Below, one piece after another: positions 50,101 through 62,400 of a stretch of DNA of 64,000 nt. The notes beneath the pieces were generated by a model, which worked only from the letters and a program-made list of their open reading frames with translations, did no database searches and was not told the origin of the DNA. Location of the stretch: assembly GCA_964016885.1 (NCBI GenBank), contig OZ024743.1, forward strand, positions 101,928,001 to 101,992,000, in the 5' to 3' direction. Numbering within the stretch: position 1 is the stretch's first letter; each line of letters begins with the position of its first letter. The DNA is from Eledone cirrhosa (Eukaryota). The translations under genes were made by a program, and so were the position numbers.

Positions 50101-50126
50101 TATATATATGTATACATATATATATG

Positions 50127-50234
<108 letters not shown>

Positions 50235-50386
50235 TACACGGGTGTGTATGATTGTGTATAGAAGATTATATTAATAAAAGGAATTCCAACTTTGTCTGAT
50301 TTAGTCGTTTTATTTACAATCCTTTAAAATTTATAATGGTATTAGAATGAAATATTATGGTAGAATATTAAATGTTAAGTGTTAAT

Positions 50387-50425
50387 TGAACAAGTACTTT
50401 CATGCTTTCGCAATCTTCAGGTTCA
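50387..50425 (-). ncRNA. Compact type I hammerhead ribozyme motif
   Basis: Minus strand TGAAC-CTGAAGA-T-TGC-GAAA-GCA-T-GAAA-GTAC-TT-GTTCA; GNRA-capped stem II, palindromic AGTACT. Confidence 0.85.
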
Positions 50426-50498
50426 GATTCTGTGGTGACAGTGAAGTTTGCAATTTTCAACTGTGGAAAATTGCAAACTTGACTGTCACCACACAATG

Positions 50499-50537
50499 TG
50501 AACCTGAAGATTGCGAAAGCATGAAAGAACTTGTTCA
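50499..50537 (+). ncRNA. Compact type I hammerhead motif (mirror copy, stem III mutated to AGAACT)
   Basis: CTGAAGA 50504-50510, GAAA 50523-50526, TGAAC/GTTCA stem I. Confidence 0.8.
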
Positions 50538-50652
50538 ATTAACACTTAACATTTAATATTCTACCATACTATTTCATTCTAATACCATTATAAATTTTAA
50601 AGGATTGTAAATAAAACGAGTAAATCAGACAAAGTTGGAATTCCTTTTATTA

Positions 50653-50685
<33 letters not shown>

Positions 50686-51824
50686 GATGTGTGTATATGT
50701 GGTTATATTTGATTATACATGTAAATATATATATGGATATATACATACACATATGTATATATATATATATATATATTACACACAGACACGAAAGAAAGAG
50801 TGAGAGAGAGAGAGAGACAAAGAGAGAGATAAATAGAGAGAGGGAGATGTGGGTAGATAGAGAGGAAGACTGTTTGAATGGGAGGAAAGAGAAGGACAGA
50901 TTGATAATAGGTAGAAAGAAATGTTTGAGAGGAACCATACCTACTTAATTTGATCGATGACCTAGTTTGAAAAGCCTCGCTGTGTAAATGAGATTAAATA
51001 AGTCAAGGTATAACTTTCACTGTGTAACTAAGAATTACAAGACACGAAATGCTAGTCACGTTATACATTACACTAGAATCTTTGCCAGTGTCACAATACT
51101 TTCGCTCGAGGTTGTGTTTATTGATCTCTGATGAAGTATGCTACAGTGCATGTCAACAATATTTTAATGGGATATTCAGTTTCCATCTAACAACGACCAT
51201 TAAACCTCTTCTGGTTTTTGTTTTTTTTCTTCAGAAACAAAACCTTCTCCTCACAAACAAAAAACCACGGCAATTTAATGTTTAAATTTTTTGTTGACAC
51301 TTTACTTTACTTCTTTTAAACGAGAAAAAAAGAATGAATTTTTTTTTAAAATCGATAACTTATTATGTATTCTCAATAGAGACTCTCTATAGAATTCCTT
51401 TTTGTTTCTTTTACATGTTAAGATCTTATTCTATTCAATTTTCTCTTTCTTTCGTCAGAAGAGAGACAGAGAACGAAATAAATAGATAGCTAGAAAGAGA
51501 AAGAGAAAGAAAGAAACAGAGAATGAGAAGTAGAAAGAAAGAGAATGGATGATTTGTTTATATCTAGCACCACAGTTTAAAACATATTTCGCATGGGTTA
51601 CAGACGTCCTAAAAACATATGCACGTGAGGTTTATATATGAAAATTAAAAACAAAACAAAACAAAACAAAAACAGAAAACAGTACTAGAGAGAAATACGT
51701 TACACAATAATGGTTTCGGGTGGTAGTTTTTCATTGGAAGGTAGATAAATAGACGCAAAAAGTTGTTTTGGAGAGAAGAAAAAGGAAGAAAAACAACAAT
51801 AGGGGAGTGAAAAACACCTTACCA

Positions 51825-51870
<46 letters not shown>

Positions 51871-51877
<7 letters not shown>

Positions 51878-52733
51878 ACTAGCGCCACCTTTTCCCGGGG
51901 AACAAAACTATTTGGAGTTACTTCCCCGTGGCCCGAATATAAGGGAGTGTTCTGGCGCCTCTCTTTCTCTTGCAATCCTAATTGGTTTATTTCATTTCTT
52001 TTGGCATGCCAGCTTAATCCACCTCTTAACCTTTGTTAATAAATTATGTAAAAACATGCTAAAATCTTAGTGATATATCTATTATATTTTAATGCTAAAA
52101 CGGTGTCCACCGACGGAGGAGGGTATTGTAGTGTACGAGGTGTATCAGGCATTGTAATGAGACTTTCAGAGAAAGCCCTCTTTGCTCTGTCAATGGATAT
52201 TGCCTCTTTTTGACCATTAACAGCCACTGTGAAATGTTTTTGTGTGTGCGAAAGCACACGAAAAGGTCCATTATAGAGTGACTTAAGCGGTCCCTTGACA
52301 TATTCATTCCGTATAAAAATGTGTGTCTACGCAGAGATATCAGATGGAACAGCAAAAGAAATAGACTGGTCACGAGGGTTCATTGGTGGAAGATCCGAGA
52401 AGCAAGAACGAATCCTGGTGACATATGATGGATCAAGATGCGATGAATCAACCGGTGCTAGCATTTGACCGGCAAGAGTCAAGGCGGTACCGTAAAGAAG
52501 TTCAGCTGAGGAGAAACCCAAATCTGTCTTAACGGCAGAACGACAACCAAGAAGCACGATTGGCAAAAATTCGGTCCAAAGTTGCGGATCAGGAGTAGCG
52601 CGGAGTGCAGCTTTCAACTGTCTGTGAAACCTCTCCACCATTCCGTTGGAGGCTGGGTGATAGCTGGTCGTTACATATTGTTTGTGCTTGCGGAGCAAAA
52701 GAAGAATTGGTGTTTACCTTAGAAAGGTCAAGC

Positions 52734-52796
<63 letters not shown>

Positions 52797-52881
52797 CCAG
52801 AACACTCCCTTATATTCGGGCCACGGGAAAGTAACTCCAATTAGTTTTGTTCCCCGGGCAAAGGTGGCGCTAGTCACTACA
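51871..52881 (-). mobile_element. Element with about 95-bp terminal inverted repeats (TGTAGTGAC...GTCACTACA) enclosing a Gypsy-type integrase C-terminus
   Basis: 51871-51965 versus reverse complement of 52787-52881 shows about 4 mismatches; left flank (TA)n, right flank TATG. Confidence 0.9.
52120..52675 (-). pseudogene. Gypsy/Ginger-type DDE integrase fragment (third catalytic Glu + GPY/F module)
   Basis: TTSYHPASNGMVERFHRQLKAAL..W...LPIVLLG.R....DLGFSSAELLYG, in-frame stop at 52327-52329, then THIFIR..PLKSLYNGPFRVL..KHFTV..ISIDRAKRA. Confidence 0.92.
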
Positions 52882-52884
52882 TAT

Positions 52885-52999
<115 letters not shown>

Positions 53000-53029
53000 A
53001 GTATAACATGCAGTTATAGACCCACAGCA

Positions 53030-53120
53030 GAGGTCCGACGAGCTTTTGATTCCAGAGTCGGGCCAGATCGATACAGATCGAACTTTGAGCTGATCAATGG
53101 CGAAACGCGCGTCACTACTC
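53030..53120 (+). ncRNA. Hammerhead motif with long stem II (CCGACGA variant)
   Basis: GGT-CCGACGA (53035-53041)-GC...GC-GAAA (53102-53105)-CGCGCG-TC-ACT; palindromic ACGCGCGT, GUC triplet. Confidence 0.65.
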
Positions 53121-53250
53121 AAGAAACGTAATGAAGGCATAACAATTCGTCCTTTTACTATTATATATATATATATATATATATATAATAGTAAAAGGAC
53201 GAATTGTTCTAGGGCTGTACATGTATGTGTGTGTCTGTAAATAGATATAG

Positions 53251-53340
<90 letters not shown>

Positions 53341-55303
53341 GAATAATCGAGTATCGAAAAATCGGCGCACGAGTTCACGATAAACAAGTTTCGAAAATGA
53401 GCGGCAGAGGGCTCAATAATTCAGATAAATCAGAGCAATAACTATCGTTAAAATACCGTCACACATAGAACAAGTCTATAATCAACCGTACGACCGAAAA
53501 ATTGCGATCTGGAAGATTCGGGACACTCAGAAAAAATATCAATAAATCAATAAATCAAATGAATGTAAAAAGCATACCCGGACCCGCTAGAAAGATGGTA
53601 AATCTAGCTTCTTGGGTTTCTGTAAATCCTTAAACTGCCCTTTATCAGCTCACATAAAAATATATAAGACTTCTAGACACATACATACATGTACAGCCCC
53701 TTAATCCAGCTACGTTCACCTATAATGATTATTCCGAAATTGTCTCACAAAAAGAATATGGAGTATTTGAAACATTTGTATGTATATATATTTACAAAAA
53801 ATAACATTTAGGTGTTGTCTTACGTTCGGCAGTATAATTGTTGTTTATTAGTATTTGGAGAAATTAGAAACAAAAACGATCTTGTGATTTCAATGCACAT
53901 CGCTGACAGCAGAAACAAAGTTTTCCATTTCTCTCAGTCCACTGTTATTATTTAATTGAATATTCAATATAAATGGCTTCTCTAATTTGCAATGCTTATC
54001 TTTAGATTATTATTTCCTGTACTGCTTCTCTGCTTTTCGTTTTACCTAATTACACTTGGCTGTGTGCCAGTTCTCAAACAGAAGACACAATCTTCCCTCT
54101 TGTAATAAATTTAAATGTTTACAAGGACACGGAAAGGCTCATAAACATCTTCCTTTGATCCAGTTTAATGGCGTTGAATGAAATAGAAATACATTTCTCC
54201 ATTCATATAGCACTATTACAACATACTTGTTGTAATTAGTTTTCATTCAATCATGGATCAATTTCATATTTATTTAATTGTATGTAATTAACCGAAATCT
54301 GCGTTCAATAGAACTAATCTTTTACGAGCTCTACTTCTTTTAACGCTAACTTTGATCGGAAATTTAAATGTTGATTATTGTTTCATTGATAAGGAAAGCG
54401 CAGTTATATCATCGATGGGAATGATATTGATGTTGTTGAAGAGAGATATTGTTTGTTTTGTGTGTGCTATGTATATTCAATGCAATCTGTTGTTGTTGTG
54501 TGATATTTATATTCAAACCAATCTGTCGTTTTATGAAATATGAATTCCAGCAGTGTCGTATTTGAAGCTCTTTAAGCTTTCCAGCATTGATTTGAAAGAA
54601 TATTCTTACATGAGGTGGCTTTATGATGTGGTGAGTTATAATAAGCTGCTATTATGTGGTTCGGTTGAAAAAAAAAGTCTTTTTCTGACAGGTTGCAATT
54701 AAGATAGTGTATGGCTGGTATTATAATTATAACTGATAAACGGATAAATGAGTGCCGAAATAAAATACCAACATCAAATACTAATATTTTCTACTTGAAT
54801 ATTCGTAATTAGTAGAAGCACCTCAAATAGAAAATTAATCTCAAAAGAATGATAATCGAAATAGTAAGCCTATTGATCGGAAAACAGTGGTAATCGAAGT
54901 ATATGACATTAATGTCTGTCTGTCTATCTTTCCTACTCTTATCTTATCTTTTCTTCTTTCCTTCTTCCTTCATTATTCACCTCGGTCCTACTTTTCTATT
55001 TTATATTCCTGTTTGTCGTTGCACGTTTCTTCTCTTTCTTCCAAGACATCCCTCATTACTTTCCTACTTTCACCAACAATGGTAGTTTTTAAACGTAAAC
55101 TGTTTAAATAATGATTTTCTGTTTCACGAACATGTGGTGAGATATTTGAATTTAAGATTCAACTTTATATAATCTTGTTTAACCGTTACTCTTATCGATT
55201 ACCACCTCCTATTAATGCGCTGTCAATGCAGTAAACATCTGCTCACACTAGCATGCATGCATTGAACATAAGTTGCTTTTTATATGCGTTTGTGAGTGCG
55301 GGT

Positions 55304-55346
<43 letters not shown>

Positions 55347-55499
55347 TACACCCAAATTCTCTCTCTCCCCCACACACACACACACACATGTATATATATA
55401 CGTATTTGTTCATTTATGTGTGTGTCATGTTAGGTGACTCTAAAATGTCTATCCAGATCGAAAGATCCAGCAAAAGTACCAGTAAATATGCAATAAAAT

Positions 55500-55808
55500 G
55501 TATTGAGGATGGCCAGAATGAATGGAACTACTCCGAGCATGTGCTTGTAGGCTGGAAAGTTCAGAGAAGAGAGGGACTCCTTCCTATGGTACATTTGGAG
55601 ATCAATGTGTCTTGGGATCTGTAGCGTAACCACTGGGTTGTGCTCCTCCTGTTAGGAATTTCGTTTCATTTGAATTTACTTTTTACTTGTCTTTGTGGAA
55701 ATGCTGGATTATATGTAAATCTCCACCGTCCTTGTCTACTTGATTTTTCTTTATGTTTCGGCCTTAGTGGTCAATAAAGAAAGAATTATTATTATTATCA
55801 TTATTATT
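55500..55808 (+). mobile_element. LINE 3' end ending AATAAAGAAAG(AAT)n-like
   Basis: CCTTAGTGGTCAATAAAGAAAGAATTATTATT terminus, similar to 5488-5520 (-). 5' boundary approximate. Confidence 0.5.
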
Positions 55809-55831
55809 CTGGACACCATTTTTCGTGGTAC

Positions 55832-55985
55832 AGAGTTACGTCCCTTTGCGTTCTGCGTTCAAATCCCGCCAAGATTAGCTTTGTCTTTCATCCTTACGGG
55901 GTTGTTAAAATGAAGTACCAGCGATTTAATCGACTTTCTCTCTCCTACAAAATTGCTGGCCTTGTATCTAAATCAAAAACCATTT
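55832..55985 (+). mobile_element. Older SINE copy
   Basis: GTTCAAATCCCGCC..CTTTCATCCTTACGGGG..AAGTACCAG..TTGCTGGCCTTGT. Confidence 0.8.
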
Positions 55986-56419
55986 TTATTATTATTTTCC
56001 TTTATCTTTCGCAAGAGATTTTCTTTTCTTACTAACCTCTGAAAACACGTTCTTTGTACCTGGGGATAATGTTTTTGTTTTTTTTTAAATTTTAAATGTC
56101 AAGAAAATAACCCTTATCTCCCTAAAAGAAGCGTTTTTCATACTTACTTAGTGTGACACAACTCAGAGCAAACCGAACCAAATCAAACCAAACCTAAGAA
56201 TATATGAATCCACTAAGATAATCTGCTTTTCGTCAATGTTTAAGAGCGTTAGCACGCAAATGTCAGAATGTTATTTTGAATGAGAGCATTGATATTTAGT
56301 ATGGTAGATCCGAACACCACATCTAGCAGCTGGAATAGTTTTCTTTTCATTAGCAGAAAATATTGTTCATCCATCTAACAGTAGCTTTTTCAGCAAATCT
56401 AAATAAATAGGAATAGGCA

Positions 56420-56538
56420 GTGACTTGGCAGAGTATTTGGAATGTCTAATAGAATACTTTACGTTATTCGTTCCAGCTATCTGCGCTCTGAGTTCCAATC
56501 ATCCCAAGGTTAACTTTGCCTTTCATCCTTTCGAGGCT
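56420..56538 (+). mobile_element. Decayed SINE 5' part
   Basis: TTGGCAGAGT...GAGTTCCAATC..TTAACTTTGCCTTTCATCCTTTCGAGG. Confidence 0.65.
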
Positions 56539-58564
56539 GTTCACTACTAGGGTTGATTCTTCCTCTATTTCATTCTCGCTCTCTTTCTCTGAAAGAAATC
56601 GGATGTGTTCAGACCTGGAGAGGGAGAACCCTCCGCCAGATTTAAAATTCCCAAAACGCCGTGTGTCACTAAACACTTCAACGATTCAACCAGGAACTAC
56701 GTGTCCATATATACACACATATATATATATATATATAGGAACTCGGTGGGCTTCCGTCGGTTTCAACAAATGAACGTTGGGCAGGGTGTTCGACTCACGT
56801 TTATAAGTTCGATTCCCAGCAGTGCATCGTATCATTGAGCAAGGAACTTTATTCTACGTTACTTCAGTCAACTCGGCTGGTCAAAAATGAGTTGTGCCTA
56901 TGTAATTCATATAGCCAAACTTCTTACAATCTCAAGCACGCTGAATCCCTCTGAGAATCTCTTGAAGGTTCCACGTTTCTTAGGAAAGCACAGCCACGGG
57001 TTCGAACAACGGATTAGTTTGCTCAAGAAATTAACGAGTAAGTGGGTAAGGATTCCACCTTAATGTATTTCTCATGAAGATTCAGCGTGGCACTATGATG
57101 ATGTTGGCCCTCATCCCAGAAGACAGGCAATGGAATCGAACCTGGAATTGCATAATTTAGAATAGATACACAACCATGCTTACGTTTCCTTAGATATTTT
57201 AGAAAAGCTGAAGGAAGTCGAATGCAAAATATTAGATATCAGATGACTTGTTTTTAATAAATCAGAGCTTTCTTAAATAAATTTCGAGAATATATGAATG
57301 ATATATAAATTGATATAACCAATAATTGTGGGAAAGTGTGAGGCTGGCATTTTATATTCTGGTAGAAATGAAAACAACAACAAATATAAAGAAAACATGT
57401 TATTTTCCGTTATAAAGAATGCTGCTATATTTTTTCCGTCATTATCCTATTAGTAACAGAAATTCGAAACAGATTGAAAAAGTTAGAAAGAATTCTATTT
57501 ATACAATTTACTGTCGTTACTGAAAAGTTTGACTCTCTGCGAACCAAATCCAGCAGAAAATTTCAACTTCCGATTTTAAAATAGAAACCATTTTCTTTAT
57601 GTCAGAGTAACAACTGACCGAAAGACAGGCATGGACGTGTCACAATCTCGAGCTTCAGCCTAATACTACCACCCCCACAGCTGCTACTACTACAACTACT
57701 ACTGCTAGTATTAATCCCACCATCACTACTGCAACTACTACTGCTACTATTACCACCACCAATATTGCTACTTGGTAGTAAAACTTCAACAATTTTATAT
57801 ATGTTCAATTGTTTTTACTATTGTGGTAAATAGATATTGGGCACTGACTCATTAACTGCTTAATGAGCAACCACAAGGATATGGTCCGAATGTGGAAGAG
57901 CCGAACTCCCACTGTCATCGCCTCCATCTCTCTGTATGGTGAGCAAATGGAAAGGAGACGGCGTTTCCCCGGAGGATGGTAAGGGAGATGCGCTGGAAGA
58001 GCCATTCCAGCTCGCGAGGCTCACACCTGCGGCTGGCCAGTTCAGCGCCTTTGGTGGTGAGTAGGGAGGTAGCCCTAGGGCCAAGGACACTAGAAGTCTC
58101 CACTGCCAAGGGCACGACTGCTAACCTGTCGGAGAGCTAGTTATGAAGAATATTTTAGAGTGGGCAAAATTTAATAACTTTTACTTCGTTTATAATATAC
58201 GTAGTATACTTTTATTAAAAATTGTTGCTGTCTTTGTTTTTTAGAGGGGGTCAAATCTGATGAAGTTGCAATGGTCAGAGGCATTTTAGCCATGTTAATT
58301 ACGAATTTATTTCTTCCAGACATTGTGTCACGGTCACCTTCAGGCAAAGTATTTTCAGTGTTTCTGATGACAGAGCGTGATTCGATGAGACATTGGCTCC
58401 TATTTCTTACAGTTTCATTAACAACATACATGGTTCTATGTGAGTTTGTATGTATGCATTGTGTACGGTATAGACAAATCCCAGAAACCAAGCATTAGGT
58501 TCTCGGAAAGCTGAAATTTCAACATTCAATCAATTTTCTTTTTACGACATTTAAATAACCATGG

Positions 58565-58744
<180 letters not shown>

Positions 58745-61181
58745 CGTTGGATCTCCGTCGATTTAGGCGATGAGTGCACAATTTGTTTGACTTACAGAAT
58801 TGCCTGCACGTGAAATTGCATGAGGATGAACATTCTAGAGATACATAACCCTAAGCGTAATTCTCAGTGAAGTTTAGCATGTGGCAGTGTGTGACTACGC
58901 TCATCATTTGAATTACTAATACGAATGATTTTTGCTAGCTGAGTGGATTGGAGCAGCATCAAATAGTGTCTTATTCAAGGACGCAACGCACCGCCGGGAA
59001 TGAGCCGAACTCCATAAACACTAAGTCATGCACATTGAATATGGGCCATAAATATACTTGATACTATGAACATCCCGATTCGCATTCTTTCCTACTGTAA
59101 AATATAGAAACTATCATTGGAGGGGGAATCAAACGCCACATAAATATACTTACACAATCGCGTAGATATATGGTATTGATGTATAGTGAAAAGGCAGCAA
59201 GCTGGCATGGCATTACATCTTAGTTTAAGAACTATGCCACTACCAGCCAGTTACATATATATATATGTCAGATTTCCCTCAAATTACAATATCCTATCTT
59301 AATCTTTTTAATAACAAGCCGCCTAAAACCGCCTCTGGTTCTACGATGCAAAATTATTTATTTAAAGTAATTTTATTTATAAACGATCTATTTTTTAGAA
59401 CCGGTGAGCAGGTATGTTGTTTATTGAAATTAAAGTAAGTAGCTTCAATGCACGCGTCTGTCTACGTTTTTCTGCTCCCAAGTACTTAGATGCTCAACTT
59501 GGTAGATTATTATTCATAGACAAATATGTGTTTTTAAATTCAATAAAGTTTATATATATCTAAATCCCTCACATCATAATTTTGTGAGAGAAATTTTAAG
59601 CTATATTTCTAACACCAACTTAACATATATACTCGAATATAAGTCGACTTGTATTCGATGTCTGAGAAATGGACAAAATCTAAATCCAGTTTATAAGGCG
59701 AGGCAGCTAATTAACACATGGAGAAAATATTTTTGAAATTTTAGTATTTTAAAATTGAATGTGTTTTATGTATCGTTTATAGTTTAGTTTTTGTTTCACA
59801 AATACTTAATGAATTTTTTACCATTTCATCAGTTTTATGAAGTTTGAATAATGAGAAAGTTCGTTACTTTACTAAACTCTCCACATTTTTGGTTATTTTC
59901 ATAATTTGGGAATAATAGTCTGTGATTTTTATTAGAAATATGGTAACGAAAGATTTAAAAGGGTCAATCCAACATTGCATAACGTGGTTCGGGATGCCCA
60001 CTATAAGAAAGAACAGATGAGATGTAGTCGGCAGAATTAAGTTAGATATGTCGTTAAACAACAACAGCTACAACTAAGCTACCAGATGCTCTTCAAATGG
60101 CATATACGTCACTATGAAGCTATAGTGAAATTAGGGATATATCAAACACGTAAAAATAATTAAGCAACTAAATAGGGTTCATCAATAACTACAAGAAAAA
60201 CTACGTGAATAAATATCCCATTTTTTATTTATCCACCATAAGATTAACATGATATAGCTACATAGAGAAAAAATTAACATATGTTCTATTCAATACTAAT
60301 TACAGAGAAAGTAAGTTAAAGTGATGAATGCATGTTTATATGTGATATACAGATTAATGTGGAGCAAAATTATAAATACCTTGATAAAATATATTTAACA
60401 AGGAAAACACTGACATGGACAGCTTGCAACATATGATTATAGTCCCCGTGAAAAAGAATTAGATCTCTTTTCAATATATTAAGCTTTTACTCTCCCTTTA
60501 TAACGTATCCCATTACAGAAGTAGAGGTTTGGACCTAAACACTTAATGTGTCACGAGGCAGGATGAGTCTAATCTACAAAAGTATACATGTAACAATTTT
60601 GTAAAAAATAAAACAAAACAAAACAAAATTCTTATTTATTTCAAGGTCTTTATGATTGTTCCAACTTAAGTAGTGTAATTGTTCGAGTGTATGCTCCTTG
60701 TACTAGGAGTTGTGATCAGCAGATGATATCAGCAATGGAAAGAGTGACGGTGGCATAGTTTCATAAATCCAATCTGACGATCGGCTTCTTTCTTCTGTCA
60801 GGAGTTGTATCCAGCAGATAGTATCAGCAATTGAAGGACCAATGGAAACATTGTTTCCTTGGTCCGATCTGACCATCAGCCTTTTTTCATTTGCTTTTTC
60901 ATTGTTTATGTAAAGAAGATATCAATGATTTTCTCTTTTAGCGCTAGGGCATATGAGAAAGGCATGCGTATCACATAACTGCAACTGAGTAAAAACTCAA
61001 TTTATGTACAGTAGATTAAAAATATCAGTTTGCTGATGAATTATCGGCTGTATGTTGCTGAACACTGCTGTTCGATACTGATCGATATTGGCCTCCAGCT
61101 ATTTCCTCAGATATCTACAGAAAGCAGACGTATTCGATAGTTTACTATGTAATAAATAATAGAAATAGCACACACACACAC

Positions 61182-61231
<50 letters not shown>

Positions 61232-62209
61232 ACAAACATACATACACACATACATACACAAATGCTTATTTACATTTATACATATATGCATGTATATATT
61301 CATATAAACATTTATAAGTACGTACACATAAATATACATACCTACCTACATTCATACGTACATACATAAATACGTGCATATATATTTAAAACATACACTC
61401 ATACACACACACATATATTCACAGACACACACACACATATATATATTTGAGTGTCTGTGAAATTAGAATGAAATCTCTGGTTCTATTTTAAAATTATACC
61501 TCTAGGATAATGTTACATTTTGTAGTCTATACTTATCGTTCTATAATGTTTTATAATTGTATCAATTTAAAACTTAATTTAAAGATCTGCTTGATGATAA
61601 TTCAGGAAGGAAATAAACTAAAATAAACCTGTGTGTAAGATGGGGAAATTATTTTGTAGTTAATAAACAGGTGAATGTAGTCAGATGTGAAGTGAATCTT
61701 AAATCGAGATATATAAAGTTTTGTAATATGCGTCCCTGTCCACAATGTTTTGGCTTTTAGGGGTACTTTACTTGGTTGTTCAAATATTTATAGTTATGGG
61801 CTATAATTATGATAATTTTCAGTGTATGTCTAGTCACACAACTTTCGATAGTGTCGTAGGGGTGCTGCTGTGACATACGGCTTCTTTGGGTATTTTATGC
61901 TTGGCAAAACCCATCCCTTTCCATGTATGAACACAGCTGATTTCTCCCATAGAAGAATTGATCTTTGTTATTCCTGAATTGATAACATAATTACCATTAA
62001 GTATTGGGGACAATTTAACCAACTATATCTCTCTTACAGAACCCCTGGTCTTGTGATTATATTTGAAATCAATTTCGATATAATTTAGATGTGGATAAAT
62101 TCGTCAATTTGGATTCGGGTTTATGGAAACAATATAAACTAAAGACCAGTCAATCGACAACATTTTATGTATGACATTTGCAATATTTCCCTTATTCTAT
62201 ATTATTATT

Positions 62210-62400
62210 CCTGAGTGGGATTTTGGGGCGGAGTCCTCAGACAGGACTTCCAGGATGTTCTCTCCGAAACAACCATTTCCACACGGCCTGGCTGGATCCC
62301 CAAGCGTGTACAACCGAGTTTATGGATATTATCCAGATATCTTGCTCGTCATCTATTTCTGAGTTTCCTGTCTGTTGGCTTTGCTCTAAAATATGTCCTG
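62210..62400 (-). mobile_element. Decayed RTE-like LINE 3' end
   Basis: Minus strand RARYLDNIHKLGCTRLGIQPGRVEMVVSERTSWKSCLR; homologous to 40310-40500. Confidence 0.6.

Larger units (their letters stand above)
50269..50655. repeat. Near-perfect 387-bp palindrome with a hammerhead in each arm
   Basis: Centre at about 50462 (TTTTCAACTGTGGAAAA); few mismatches between arms; (TA)n on both sides. Confidence 0.95.

Noticed and set aside
53375-53435. Minus-strand CTGAATT..GAGC/GCTC..GAAACTTGTT hammerhead-like remnant
   Set aside because: Core too degenerate to support; not counted.
60705-60880. Roughly 95-bp diverged direct duplication
   Set aside because: Two copies only, no coding or structural signal; ordinary local duplication.
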